Position numbers and translations under genes: made by a program
Assembly (NCBI GenBank): GCA_048128005.1
Contig: JBEUKZ010000054.1
Location: 744,001-808,000 of the forward strand
DNA: 64,000 bases
Direction: 5' to 3'
From: Veleropilina oligotropha
Taxonomy: Eukaryota
Shown: positions 46,826 through 61,287 of the stretch, one piece after another
Position numbering within the stretch: the stretch's first letter is position 1
Layout: the number at the start of each line of letters is the position of its first letter
Notes under the pieces: model-generated
Databases searched by the model: none
What the model was told of the DNA's origin: nothing
What the model saw: only the letters and a program-made list of their open reading frames with translations

Positions 46826-47544
46826 AATCTCTTCGAAAAAGGTTTGAATGCGGATCTAACGTATTGGTTGACCGCTTCGACAGTGTGGTTTCGGCTGTTG
46901 ACACCGAAAAATCACTGGCTTGATTCCGCTGACACGAACAGTAGTGGGTTCGAACCTTGGTTGGGACATGACATTCTTTGTTCAGTTATGAATCACAGTT
47001 GTCCGTAACTGCTGGTTTCCCCGGAGACCAGGCTTTCTTCCCGCGATAATATGGCCATGTCTTGCTTGAACAAGATGGCTGTAAATATACAGGACATTAA
47101 GCATCGATCCTTTCCTTATCTGTGTGCCAGCGGATTTCTTATGGTACATCTCCATTTTTCTGTGCTTCCAAATCTGTTTTCAACTGTCCAAGAAAGATGA
47201 GAGAGTGTGCCCAAATTAAAAGAACAGATTCAGTCAAAGTGGATCTTATAGTATCAGAAGGACCATGTCAATGGCGTATGTATGCTGTCTCAATGAAGAG
47301 ATACCCACCTACCGTTCCATGCGCCAATTTGATGATTCACGAGGTGTTCATGAACTTTTGGAGAAAAGAGTGGGCAGGCATTGAATAGAGCGGTGACCGT
47401 TAATACCATAGCGAGCATATTTCAAATTTCATTAGCATAAGTATGATAAGTATTCCTCATTGTCGAAGGACGAAATAGGTCTACAGCAACTGGTACGTCT
47501 AACCGACATGCAATGTTATTTGATGTAGCTGTTCAATATACGTT

Positions 47545-47960
47545 GGCACGGACGAACGGACAAAAAAGATAACATTAACGATTTACAACAAGGGCAATAA
47601 CTCTGAATAATCACCGCACAGCGTCGAAATATGCAAATGGCACCAGTTCATCAAGTGCTTAACATACCCAGCTAGTTTGGAAAAGTTATGTCGAGCGGTG
47701 TATCAGATACGCCAAATAATAGATAATAACAATAAATTTAAGATAAGGGCAGTAACTCTGTTAACAATCGTTGCACAGCGACGAACTTAGCAAAAGTCAC
47801 CAGTTCAGCTGCTACTTAATCCATTCACCAAGTTTCGTGAAATTACGTCGAAGGGATAATGAGATATGCTGTGGAAAAGATAATTTGCACGGATGGACGG
47901 ACGGACGAAACACGTGCCTATACCCCCCGACAACTTCGTTGTTGCGGGGGATAATAGTAG
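47545..47960. repeat. Short diverged copy of the HINE-like ~120-bp array family
   Basis: Same unit as 6860-9320, followed by a ggacgg microsatellite and a cccccg...cggggg hairpin. Confidence 0.65.
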
Positions 47961-48099
47961 TTTAAATAGATTAAATAGAATTTGTTTGGGTTTAGAAAGC
48001 ACATTACTGTAACTCATATAAAAATCCATTATGACGATGGGGTGATTCGAGTAAAATCAGTAATGATTTGTTTTAAATCAAAGATACGAGTGAACTGTT

Positions 48100-48320
48100 T
48101 GTGATAGTTGAGTCAGATATATCACAATTAAACTATCCTAGTATCAATGTTCCAACGTCAATAAAACTTTCGTTATTAATACACACGTCTTCCAGCTTTG
48201 AATAGAAATCGGTTTGAGTTGGAGGTCGATAACAAACTCCAACTAATAGGGGTTTAGACTTGGGGAACAAAACGTCAACCCATAGCGTCTCTAATTCTTT
48301 AGAAGCCCATTTCATTTCTC
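48100..48320 (-). pseudogene. LINE APE endonuclease fragment
   Basis: LWVDV...LLVGVCYRPP...LILG motifs. Confidence 0.75.
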
Positions 48321-48345
48321 GGCCAATGAGAGAGCTGTATTCTTA

Positions 48346-49741
48346 CGCCCAGTTCTCACCTTCACGGTTCTCTCTATGGATGTCTACGTATTGAGCGTAC
48401 GGTGGTCTCACGGTATAGTACGGTTGTCTACGTTTGACTACGGCGTACCGTGCAAGTCTACGACGATTTACGCTCATTTACGGTGCACTTGACTGGTGAG
48501 TATTTAAACGTCCAGATAATCAAGAATTAGTCTACGATCTTCGACGACGATCTACGATGCTTCTACGCCAACCCACGGAGAATAAAACGCCGTAGTGACA
48601 CCGTGATGGTTTTGTGCATGCACGACGGAATAGTACGTACGGTCACTCTACGACGATGTACGAATCATCCCGGATGACCACGGTGAGCTGAACCGTAGCG
48701 ATCCGTAGTGCGAACCGTGTAGGTGAGAATTACGGATCGCTACGGTTCAGCTCACCGTGGCCATCCGGGATGATCCGTAAAGCGTCGTAGATTGATCCAT
48801 GAGTGACCGTACTATATTCCGTCGTTCACCGTGAAGGACCGTAGAAAGCGGTCAAAATTTGTGCATGCACAAAACCATCACGTTGTCGCTACGGCGTTTT
48901 ATTGTCCGTAGGTTAGCGTAGAAGCACCGTAGGTCGTCGTCGAAGGTCGTAGACTGATTCGTGATGATCCGTAATGAACCGTACGCTCATTGCCTTCACG
49001 GTTCGTCGTGAAAGACTACGTTTTATCACGACTTGGCTACAGTAACGCTACGGTGTCACTACGGTAGAGTAAGATTTGTGACGAATGTCGGCGATTTGCT
49101 ACGGTAGGCTACGGTTGAGGTGACAGTGTTACTACGGATCTCTACGGCTTGCCACGGTGTGTCAACGGTGCCGCTACGACTGTCTACGGCGGACGGCGAA
49201 ACGTGATGTCTGAAGGGAATAAAAGGCAGGCTGCACAACTTCTTCCCTCTTTTAGCCAACAACTTTCGATGATACACGAGCTATCTACAATGGGACCTTG
49301 TAGGGATACTAGTATGTGTGGGGGACGACGTTAGAATGAGAGGGTGAATAGAGGGAGGGCCTTTAAATATTCACTAGCCACGTGCACCGTAGACGATCGT
49401 GAAGCGTCGTAAACTTGTACGGTACGCCGTAGGCAAACGTAGACAACAGTATAATGCCGTGAGACAACCGTACGCTCAGTACGGTTGACCGTAGAAAGGC
49501 GTAGGATGTCGTGGCATGCCGTAGCCGTGAAGTACCTTAACAGTTCCGTGGTCCTCACCGTACGCTTGTCGTGGATTGCCGTAGGTACGTCGTAAGTTCA
49601 CCGTTGACTGTCGTCAATAACCGTAGTACTGCCGTAGTAGGTCATAAAAAAATGATAAAATGTGTACGGATGATCACGGTTTGCCGTGGTAGTTGCACCG
49701 TAGACATCCGTAGAGAGAACCATGAATGTGAGAACTGGGCT
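48346..49741. mobile_element. PIF/Harbinger-type MITE
   Basis: TIRs gcccagttctcac..tctct..ggatgtctacg and its reverse complement. TTA flanks both ends. Internal sequence is rich in ctacg/cgtag and self-complementary. Confidence 0.8.
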
Positions 49742-50099
49742 TTAGTCACTTATTGCTGAAGACGGCACTTGCCAGGTCTTTTGTTCGCGATAGCTGACAT
49801 ATTATTAGGAATAGGGGTGACAGGTAATAATCTTCACATGAATTTTCTTAATATAATGTTAAAAATCTAGTAATGAATATATGTTTCGAAAATATAAACA
49901 GTTTATCAAATTTGACAATAGGAATTAATTTGTGTGGAGAAATGAAATGGAGCTTCTTAGTCGGTTAGACGGCAGATTGTAGCCCCTTATAAAAAAGTAG
50001 GCTCGTCCTACGGACTTGCCTTCTATTTTGATAAGACGCTAAAATCCGCCATCTAACCTATACTCTGGCGATAAATCCGACCTAGGATTGAATGCGATA

Positions 50100-50330
50100 T
50101 CGACCCGAATATAAACTCAAACTCCACCGCCACATCGATTGCCATCACGCCTTTGAATAATGTAGCCATTTATGCTGACTTCCCCGTCAGTCATTGAACT
50201 GTCGAGCCATGATTCAGTGATTCATATTACCACTGCTTTCGATTCAGACGCGATAAGCCGAACTTCGTCAATCTTGGGAAGTAAACAGCGTACGTTCTTA
50301 TGCATGCAGTGAAATCCCTTGTCTTTGAAG
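50100..50330 (-). pseudogene. LINE APE endonuclease N-terminal fragment
   Basis: HKNVRCLLPKIDEVR...ITESWL...GGGV motifs, with a stop codon. Confidence 0.72.
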
Positions 50331-50399
50331 CATTCGAACGCGTAATTATCCCCAGAAGGACGGCCGAAATCACGAATGTGTTCGTTTGGTGTTTCTGCT

Positions 50400-53300
50400 G
50401 CATTCACAAAGAGTTCTGCCATGGTCATGTCTTGTCCGTCCACTATTTCACGTTGTGTGACCAGTTCTTGCTTTGTCCTCCTTGCTCTTCCATCCTCATT
50501 CGATCGTGTCTTTCATGGTGGTCTTGCAGAGACTGTCGTGTCGCGTGACGTGCCGAACCAAGTTAGCTTCCGTCTTTTGATGATGGCAAGGAGAGGTTCA
50601 TGGGGGCCCACAAGGCTTTCGACCTTCCTCCGTACATATTCGTTCATCTTGTGCTCCTGCGGTGCAGCTTCTAGGGAATGAATTTCGAACGTCTGGATTC
50701 TTCTCTCCGTCTATGCCAGCAGTGTCCATGATTCACACGTACATAGTAGGATAGAGAGCACTAGAGATTTAAATAGCCTGCGCTTGTTGGGAAATCCGAT
50801 ATTGCTGTTTCAAACCCTATTAAGTCTGGTCATCGCAGCAGTGGCTGTGACGAACCGGGTGCGTATTTCTGCGGTTCCGGTGCCATCCTTTGACGGTGTC
50901 CGTCCAGAGTATTTTAAGTTGGACACTTTTTCTGTCTCTGCGTTCATGGTAATATGGAGACTATTGTTGCTGTTGCTGTTCACCACGACTTCTCTGTGCT
51001 GACTTTCATGCCGTACGAGTTGGCGCTTGCAACTAGTTTGTCAAACCTTGCAGTTCGTTATTGTTACCCCCGTTCAAGTCGATGCCGTCTCCAAAACAAG
51101 AAAACATTGGAAATGGGGATGTGGTGATCATCGGGGGTCTCCCGCATGAATCTTTCCATGAATATTTTGAAGAGCACGGGAGAGAGTAAACACCCCTGTC
51201 TGAAAAAAGAATGTTCAGAAGAACTGCGCTGCTGGAGTGCTCGTAGAAGGCCTGCGGGATGAGTTGGACAAGGCCTTCCTCGACGTTGCAGTGCGATATT
51301 CGGTCAAGGGCATTTTTGAAGTCAATAAAGTTATGAAAGAGGTCGAGTTGATGCTGCAGGTGTTTTTCAATGATGATTCTAAAGTTGAGGATCTCGTTCA
51401 CAGAACATACACCTAATTTGCAGTCCGCTTGCACCTCCGACCGTAGTTCCTCAACCTACATGTTCAGTCGGTTGAGGATGAGGCGAAGCATCACTTTGCT
51501 GGGGTGATTCGGTGAGACGTTGTCGACCTCGGGTGACTTGCCTGCTTTCAGTCTTCGCACTACTGCTGATACATCCTCCCTCAGTACCGGTAGACGGTCT
51601 TCGCTCTGCTGCTGATACATCCTCTCTCAGTACCGGTAGACGGTCTTCGCTCTGCTGCTGATACATCCTCCCTCAGTACCGGTAGACGGTCTTCGCTCTA
51701 CGAGAGGGTCTGGTTGACTTGCAGTATGGAGATGTCTGTGTTGAGTTCAAAGTTGTACAGACTCTCACTGTACTCCGTCCACCTCTTCAGAACTTCATCG
51801 CTGTATCTCAATAGCCTGCCCACTTTATCATCGACTACCACGGCTCTTGTCTGCCTGATCCTGGAGAGGACTTTCAGACAATCATAGGCCTGTTTTCTAT
51901 TCCCGGCGTTCAATGGCGCCGCACTGCTCATCTATATCCACTCCTATACGGTTGCTCTCACTCCTATATGGTTGCTCTCACTCCTATATGGTTGCTCTCA
52001 CTTTTATATGGTTGCTCTCACTCCTATATGGTTGCTCTCACTCATATATGGTTCCTCTCACTCCTATATGGTTGCTCTCACTCATATATGGTTCCTCTCA
52101 CTCCTATATGGTTGCTCTCACTCCTATATGGTTGCTCTCACTCCTATATGGTTGCTCTCACTCCTATATGGTTGCTCTCACTCCTATATGGTTGCTCTCA
52201 CTCTTATATGGTTGCTCTCACTCCTATATGGTTGCTCTCACTCATATATGGTTCCTCTCACTCCTATATGGTTGCTCTCACTCCTATATGGTTGCTCTCA
52301 CTCCTATATGGTTGCTCTCACTCCTATATGGTTGATCTCACTCATATATGGTTCCTCTCACTCCTATATGGTTGCTCTCACTCCTATATGGTTGCTCTCA
52401 CTCTTATATGGTTGCTCTCACTCCCATATGGTTGCTCTCACTCATATATGGTTGCTCTCACTTCTATTTGGTTGCTCTCACTCATATATGGTTGCTCTCA
52501 CTCCTATATGGTTGCTCTTATATGGTTGCTCTCACTCCTATATGGTTGCTCTCACTCATATATGGTTTCTCTCACTCCTATATGGTTGCTCTCACTCCTA
52601 TGTGGTTGCTCTCACTCATATATGGTTGCTCTCACTCCTATTTGGTTGCTCTCACTCATATATGGTTGCTCTCACTCCTATATGGTTGCTCTCACTCCTA
52701 TGTGGTTGCTCTCACTCCTATATGGTTGCTCTCACTCTTATATGGTTGCTCTCACTCCCATATGGTTGCTCTCACTCATATATGGTTGCTCTCACTTCTA
52801 TTTGGTTGCTCTCACTCATATATGGTTGCTCTCACTCCTATATGGTTGCTCTTATATGGTTGCTCTCACTCCTATATGGTTGCTCTCACTCATATATGGT
52901 TTCTCTCACTCCTATATGGTTGCTCTCACTCCTATGTGGTTGCTCTCACTCATATATGGTTGCTCTCACTCCTATTTGGTTGCTCTCACTCATATATGGT
53001 TGCTCTCACTCCTATATGGTTGCTCTCACTCATATATGGTTGATCTCACTCCTATATGGTTGCTCTCACTCCTATATGGTTGCTCTCACTCCTATGTGGT
53101 TGCTCTCACTCCTATATGGTTGCTCTCACTCATATATGGTTGCTCTCACTCCTATATGGTTGCTCTCACTCCTATATGGTTGATCTCACTCCTATATGGT
53201 TGCTCTCACTCATATATGGTTGCTCTCACTCCTATATGGTTGCTCTCACTCCTATATGGTTGCTCTCACTCCTATGTGGTTGCTCTCACTCCTATGTGGT

Positions 53301-54410
53301 TGCTCTCACTCATATATGGTTGCTCTCACTTCTATGTGGTTGCTCTCACTCCTATATGGTTGCTCTCACTCATATATGGTTGCTCTCACTCCTATGTGGT
53401 TGCTCTCACTCCTATGTGGTTGCTCTCACTCCTATATGGTTGCTCTCACTCCTATATGGTTGCTCTCACTCCTATATGGTTGCTCTCACTCCTATGTGGT
53501 TGCTCTCACTCATATATGGTTGCTCTCACTCCTATTTGGTTGCTCTCACTCATATATGGTTGATCTCACTCCTATATGGTTGCTCTCACTCATATATGGT
53601 TGCTCTCACTCCTATATGGTTGCTCTCACTCCTATATGGTTGCGCTCACTCCTATATGGTTGCTCTCACTCCTATATGGTTGCTCTCACTCCTATATGGT
53701 TGCCCTCACTCCTATATGGTTGCTCTCACTCATATATGGTTGCTCTCACTCTTATATGGTTGCTCTCACTCATATATGGTTGCTCTCACTCATATATGGT
53801 TGCTCTCACTCCGATATGGTTGCTCTCACTCCTATGGGGTTGCTCTCACTCCTATATGGTTGCTCTCACCTTCTTTCTGACCTCTCTATGCACTTGTTGA
53901 CATTGTACCATTACTTGTATGCTTCTGATCTAACCCCTCCTCTCGTCTCTTGTGGCATAGTTCCATGACCTCGTTCGCGATCCAGGTTTGGGTTTCTTCT
54001 GCTGTTGTAAATATAATTCTTTTGTGTCATTGTTCACTTCGTTGTCGAGCAGGTTGAGGGCTGCGAACTTCTCATCAACTTGATCCTGGGACACCTCAGC
54101 GATATATGTGTCTTTTGGACGGCTTCATTTTGAAGGTCGCCAGCACAAGATCATGGCCGCTGCCGATGTCAGAGAATGTTCTAGTGTTCGTCTTGTTGTT
54201 GCAGTATTTGAAGCTTTGCGGGTCCAAGATGAAATAAATCTGATTATAATGGACTTTGTCTTTGGGTGGGTGCCATGCGACGATTCTAGACAGTAGGGGT
54301 GGAGAATGTTGGCCAGGATGAGGCGGTGACTTTTGGCAAACTCTAGCAAACTTAAGCCTATCGTTGGTCACCCCAATGCCAAATCGTCCAACCTTTTCTG
54401 TCCAGTTATC
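50400..54410 (-). pseudogene. Decayed RTE-clade LINE interrupted by a satellite
   Basis: NFIDFKNALDRI and LKRWTEYSESLYN motifs, KRRKLTWFG-like 3' region, and DIGSGHDLV endonuclease-end motif. Confidence 0.75.
51940..53870. repeat. 20-bp minisatellite (ctcctatatggttgctctca), ~96 copies
   Basis: Direct tandem units with variant bases. Confidence 0.97.
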
Positions 54411-56004
54411 GTGTTTATATACATATAAAAAGGGTTATGCGTGTTGTCGCGCGGCCGTAACAACAATTGATAAAATTCTTTTAAATATACTAAACGAAAT
54501 TGGTTTGGGTTACGACAGTGTAATACTGCTTATTATATTTAAGTCATTGTAGTTTCCTGCAGGGTAACCTGCTCCGCCTGTTTAGGGACCAACCCTATGG
54601 GTCAGGCCTCTCCGGTAGTCGTGTGGTATCGAGTGTCGACTCGGAAATCTCGCACTCTATTGCGCTAACTAACAGGTATGGATTCGAATATAGGTTGGGG
54701 GAATGGCATTCTTTGTTCAATTACCAATTGCAGTTGTGCGGAGAGGGTGGATGTCCACGAGCGATCGGACTTTCCTCCCGCGATAATATGGACACGTCCT
54801 TCATTGAACCTGAAGGTTGTAATGAGTACATGTACTAGTATACAGGACTTTAAGCAGGTGCCCGTTGCGCGTCACAGACGAACGCATTCGAGAAAGTCTG
54901 GAAGCACCGAAACGGCATACACACCGAAGCATATTACCCCCACCTGTGGTTGCCTGTACCACGACTGTAAGTTGAGATGGTCGCTGTGCAGGGAATCTGA
55001 CGGGTACAGACGTTGAGTCCTGGATCCGATCGTTGAGGGTAATTTTAGTAATCACACATACCATTGGATCAATGCTTAATGTCTAGTTTTTAACAGCATT
55101 CAGGTTAATAGACCGGGCATGTCTATATTATCGTCGGGGAAAAGCCAGATCGCCCGGGAAGACCCGAAATCGCCGACCTGTTATATGACTGTCAATTGAC
55201 CACCTTATGATCTGAATCTTTGCTCTGTTAGTTATAACAGTCAAGCGAGTGAATTGTGAACCCACCCTCAAGTGGGCAATTTCAAGAGATATATTATATC
55301 TCCATATATCTTTAGGAGAACTATTCACCCCTAATTCACAAGCGCACGCATATATGCGTTACAAATCTACCTAGCTTTTTAAAAACACCAAGGGTCATAA
55401 AAATAAACAGGTTCAAATCTAATCAAATTATCCGTAGCGTTTGCCGTACCGTACATAATCTTGTCATCAGTCTGGTGGCTTTTTTTGAAGTCACTATCTC
55501 ACCCAGAGATTTCATTGATGCATATGAGAAACAAGTGAGTACTGAAAACAATTCCTTGTGAGACTCTCGGTGAAATCAGGTATCATCGCTGGCGAGGTCT
55601 CTTGCTAAGAGCACGCGACTTTGATGATATAGTGCGTTGTTTATGAGAGTCGTAAATGAAGACCTTTTGATGGTCTAACAGGGTAATCTGTTTCTCATCC
55701 TCCAGTTCTTATGGGTTGACACGATGGGTTGTGATCTCGTATTGTGCGCGCTTGCAGAATCTGTACCCTTGTAGTGAGCATCATGAAGAATCAAATGACT
55801 GTATAATTTAAGGATCATAGTGGAGAACAAAATGACTGTCTATAAAATGGTTGTGCTCATGTTTTCGCAAAGTTTGTACTGTATATCATGCAGTTGTCAC
55901 AAAGACCTGTATTTTGCTGCGATTTATTTTCTTGAAGAGGAATCGAGGTATTTTTCAGCATGCTATTGATTATCCATGATTATGTTAAGAACATAGACTA
56001 TATA

Positions 56005-56434
56005 CAGGCGCGGATCCAGGAATTTCACTTGGGGGGGGGGGGGCGCTGAATTTACTATCAACTGTTCGCGGGGTGCTGGGGCCCCACGCGAAAGAAAATT
56101 TGGAGAATCAACCCCCTCTCCTGCACTCTGATAGGGAAAAAGCGATATTTCATTCTAACTGTTTATGAACCACAGTCACTCAAATAGCACGAGTCAAATT
56201 TGTATTTTATTTTGTCATAATCGAATTGTCCGCGTGGGGTCGGCGCCCCACGCGCAATAAAATTTTGAAAATTAACGATATGAAATCCCCCCTCCTGCAT
56301 TATTACATTGCAACAGCCTATTTATAATGTTCTGAAAGTCATTTGTATCAGATTATACATATTATTTTAGTATGCTTGGCCAATTTTAGGGGGGTGGCGC
56401 CGGGTGCGCCCCCCCCCCCCTGGATCCGCGCCTG
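56005..56434. mobile_element. MITE with TIR caggcgcggatccagg
   Basis: caggcgcggatccagg ... cctggatccgcgcctg with subterminal G/C runs, inserted in a TA-rich site. Confidence 0.8.
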
Positions 56435-56619
56435 ATATATATCCTTGTATGTTTTACAAGTGAACTGAGATGGACGGATTTTGGTTTGATGTATCTCATG
56501 GTTGGTGCGTTCGGCCTTTCCGTTTGCCGGGCACCTTCAAGTTGCTCTAGATCTCTTGATGCTCGCGTTGAACTAAGACTAGTTTTTCTGATAATGTTGA
56601 TGTCATCTTTGATGGAGAA

Positions 56620-56884
<265 letters not shown>

Positions 56885-58779
56885 GATCTTCAAACAGGCT
56901 AACACGGCTAGTGGACTTTATTTATATATATCCTACCGGATCCGGGGGGGGGGGGGGGGTCCAAGGGGTCTGGATAGTATATTTTATAAAAGTTGGACCC
57001 CCTTTTCAAAATCCCGGATCAGCACCTGGTTATCACAGCATAGCCTGGCTTATAGTTATGAACGCATCTATGCGGTTAGTTCAACTTAGTTGTTCCACCT
57101 GTGCCATCGCGGAGTAGGCCTGCCACTGTTGTGGCAATATCTCCATTTACAATTTTGAATTTTAGTAGTCATCAAGCTTCCAGATGAATTCATCATTATT
57201 TGAAGACGTTTGAATAGATTTGGTTTGTTTTGCGACTACATTTTAAAATTGAACGCGTGTTCAGTGTTGTAATTGGACTTTTTATTTAGAATAAGTCACA
57301 CAACAGTGGCGTAGGAAGCAATTTTGGATTGGGGGGGGGGGGGGGGTGTAAGACAGAAAAAGGGCACTTTGCATAACTTTTCAGAAGAAAAATTTGACAC
57401 TTAACCTTGTGAAACCCCATCTCCTGTAATTGGAGATGGCTAATGTGCTATTTCTAACCAACACCTTTGAATCATTTTCACCACTCTGTAAAAGTTTTCA
57501 ATTTGAAAGATAAGCCAATGACGTTTTGGAAATATAATATACAGCTGTATATAGGACCAGAGACTACAAAATTGATGGGACATGATGGTCATCGGGACTT
57601 TGAAGGGCCTTACGGGGTCGAATTATACTATCAATGGCCCGCGTTCCCCCGGGGAAGAAATTTTGACAAATAACTGTGCGAAATATCCTCTCCTGTATTT
57701 TGATGATGTAAATGTGTTTTTTCCAAAGTTTTCTGCTGTCAGATTGCAGGAGAGGGGGTTTCACACAGCTAAATATACAAATGTTCCTTTGCATGAGGCT
57801 CCGCCCACAACTCACACAGTTGATAGTATATTAATTTCCCGAACGTTGGACCCCTGTACCCACCCCAAATCCGGCATAGCCAAACATAATCTATACGGGT
57901 GTAGAACAAAAGCCCCTCAGGATAAAACCCCCTAGGGCAAAAGCCCACTGGTAATTAGCCCCTTGGAAAAAATCCCCTTACATATAGGCCTATACAATTT
58001 CAAGATTACGTCCAAAGGACACGGTTAAAAAATGCATGTTATTTAATGTGTGGTGAAAATATTAATATTAATTCTGATCAAATCAAACTGGCATTTAATG
58101 AAATATTGTTATATTCATGACCAGGCGGGGGGTATAGGCATAACCAAAACCACACGATCTGATATAACGATAGGCCAAACCACTTTGCTTTGGACAATGA
58201 TCGACAAATAGCGTTGCCTGGCGACGCGCGACGCTTTGGTGTCGGATTTCGAGCACGTTGTATGGTAGATGAGATAACAACATCCGCCATGTTTAGAAAG
58301 CGACATTGAGCTCTTTGTAACTGGTAACTGTACCAAGCGATTTAACAACCGGAGAAATAACAACAAATAGCCACATTAGAACCCAGAACACGGACGACAA
58401 ATTTAAGGAATAAGACAAGCGGGCGACATTAAATCTACATGAAAGTTTTCGGCTAAATATGAGTGGATAAACTACAAAACTTCCCCAACGAGCGCGGGTT
58501 CGCTTGTTGAGGATTTTTGACGTTTTTGCAATTTTATTTCATTCGCTTAATTATTTTCTTCGGTCTTTTGACAAGATATGAGGGTTTTCATTTGTGGAAT
58601 AATATACGTCCTGTGGCTGGTGATAGGTAAGCTCTTATAACAGTGTAAAATTAATATAATGATTTAAAACGTTCATGGGACGCCAGCCTTGCGAAATATC
58701 GGGGAATGTATGAGCTAGAGTACGATTTGGAATGGAACGGGGACTAGTCATTTCGGACCCAGACCATATCGGACCCAGA

Positions 58780-61142
58780 CCATATCGGACACAGTCTAAA
58801 TCGGACACAGTGGTGTTTGAATAAATTACTATACATTTTTTCTAATTGCAGGATGAAGAAACAGCGATCGAAAATACCAAAATGTTGAATTATATATGTG
58901 TTGTGCGAAATAAAACATGCCATTATATTATATAAAAAGATATTTTTTCATTTGTTGCGATATATTTTGATATTATCATATATTTTGGGAGCCTATATAA
59001 TTAAAAGTAACTCAATGATCTGCCCACCAGTCGATTGCTGAAATGAACCCGCTGAAATTGTATATACATGTAAATATTGTATTGTATATACATGTAAATA
59101 TTGTATTGTATATAAATAATTATTGTTCATACACATACATGCATCTAACTGTTTCATACGATTTATAATATTATCTTTATACTGATAAGTTGTAACGTTT
59201 AATAACAAGTAAATAAATGTTCATAAATTAATTACTGTCTTAATTATTGGTTTATTCGTGATTACACCATGCTGTGTTTCTTTGTTTGTACACAATAGCT
59301 TGTATAACGATATAGGCTGGGACCGATATAGACTGTGTCCGATTTAGTCTGGGTCCGATATGGCGTGGGTCCGATATGCCCTGTATTCAATGGAACAACC
59401 TGCAACTGTTTCACTTATTTTATAATAATTTAGATCTGTTCTGTTTAGATTAACAATGGCACCCACATACTTTAGTTCTGGTTGTAAACTATCTTTTATT
59501 AATATTATTAAACAAATCATAACACAGTTGCATAAGTGGGCTCAGTAGTTCAAAAACATATTTTGATAGAACCAATTTTGAAAAGTTATGCAGTTAAACT
59601 GGTGATTTACCGCACTCAAACCAACTAAATTGTAATACCAGCTATTATGCTATAACTAGATATTATCAATAATTATATTTAATATTATGCCAGAAGAAAT
59701 TGATATTAAATTAGTTATAAATCTGACTAAAATTATACGTCAGCAAATTGTGACCGTCCTCGATAGCTCAACTGGTTAGAGCGTCGGAAAAACGTTATGT
59801 GGGACGTTAGGATGTGGGTTCAAGCTCGCTCCGGCTTGGGTTATTCTAAGGCTTAAAGCTTATAGATGGCATATCCCTAATGTATGTCGGTCAGATCGGA
59901 GTGAGACCTTAAACTGGGTGTCCCGACCACGTTAAGGCTGAAAAATTGCCCAAGGGGTCGTAAAACAAAGTTGTCAACTCAACTCAACTGACAGTGGTGT
60001 GGTTTCGGTTGCAGACTCTGAAATGACTGGCTTGATTCTGCTGACACTTATAGTAGTGGGTTCGAATCTCAGTTGAAACATTGGCATTATTTGTTCATGA
60101 ATGCAGTTATGAATCACAGTTGTCCGTTACTGGTCTGAGAGGGCAGGTATTCCGGGCGACCGGGCTTTCCTTCCATATCGGACACAGTCTAAATCGGACA
60201 CAGTGGTGTTTGAATAAATTACTATACATTTTTTCTAATTGCAGGATGAAGAAACAGCGATCGAAAATACCAAAATGTTGAATTATATATGTGTTGTGCG
60301 AAATAAAACATGCCATTATATTATATAAAAAGATATTTTTTCATTTGTTGCGATATATTTTGATATTATCATATATTTTGGGAGCCTATATAATTAAAAG
60401 TAACTCAATGATCTGCCCACCAGTCGATTGCTGAAATGAACCCGCTGAAATTGTATATACATGTAAATATTGTATTGTATATACATGTAAATATTGTATT
60501 GTATATAAATAAAATTATTGTTCATACACATACATGCATCTAACTGTTTCATACGATTTATGATATTATCTTTATACTGATAAGTTGTAACGTTTAATAA
60601 CAAGTAAATAAATGTTCATAAATTAATTACTGTCTTAATTATTGGTTTATTCGTGATTACACCATGCTGTGTTTCTTTGTTTGTACACAATAGCTTGTAT
60701 AACGATATAGGCTGGGACCGATATAGACTGTGTCCGATTTAGTCTGGGTCCGATATGGCGTGGGTCCGAAATGCCCTGTATTCAATGGAACAACCTGCAA
60801 CTGTTTCACTTATTTTATAATAATTTAGATCTGTTCTGTTTAGATTAACAATGGCACCCACATACTTTAGTTCTGGTTGTAAACTATCTTTTATTAATAT
60901 TATTAAACAAATCATAACACAGTTGCATAAGTGGGCTCAGTAGTTCAAAAACATATTTTGATAGAACCAATTTTGAAAAGTTATGCAGTTATACTGGTGA
61001 TTTACCGCACTCAAACCAACTAAATTGTAATACCAGCTATTATGCTATAACTAGATATTATCAATAATTATATTTAATAATGCCAGAAGAAATTGATATT
61101 AAATTAGTTATAAATCTGACTAAAATTATACGTCAGCAAATT
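58780..61142 (+). repeat. ~970-bp direct duplication (58780-59749 and 60173-61142) flanking a SINE composite
   Basis: Near-identical copies, with duplicated ORF-track peptides (MLLNVTTYQYKD...). Confidence 0.92.
59750..59988 (+). mobile_element. tRNA-derived SINE (family A)
   Basis: A box tagctcaactgg, B box ggttcaagctc and (aactc)n tail. Confidence 0.8.
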
Positions 61143-61287
61143 AAAAGACGGCAATATGATATGGTGATATCAAATATCAGGGAGCATATTATATGAAACA
61201 AATCATTAGAATTGTATCATTATATTAAAGTAACGTACATGTGTCTACAGTACAAATAGTGTATGTACATTTGTGAATCACTCTTTG

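Noticed and set aside
51913..53968. Several long ORFs in all three plus frames
   Set aside because: Artefacts of a stop-poor 20-bp satellite.
59750..59840. tRNA gene (also 63360-63450)
   Set aside because: A/B boxes are present, but there is no proper cloverleaf and the sequence continues into a multi-copy SINE body and tail.
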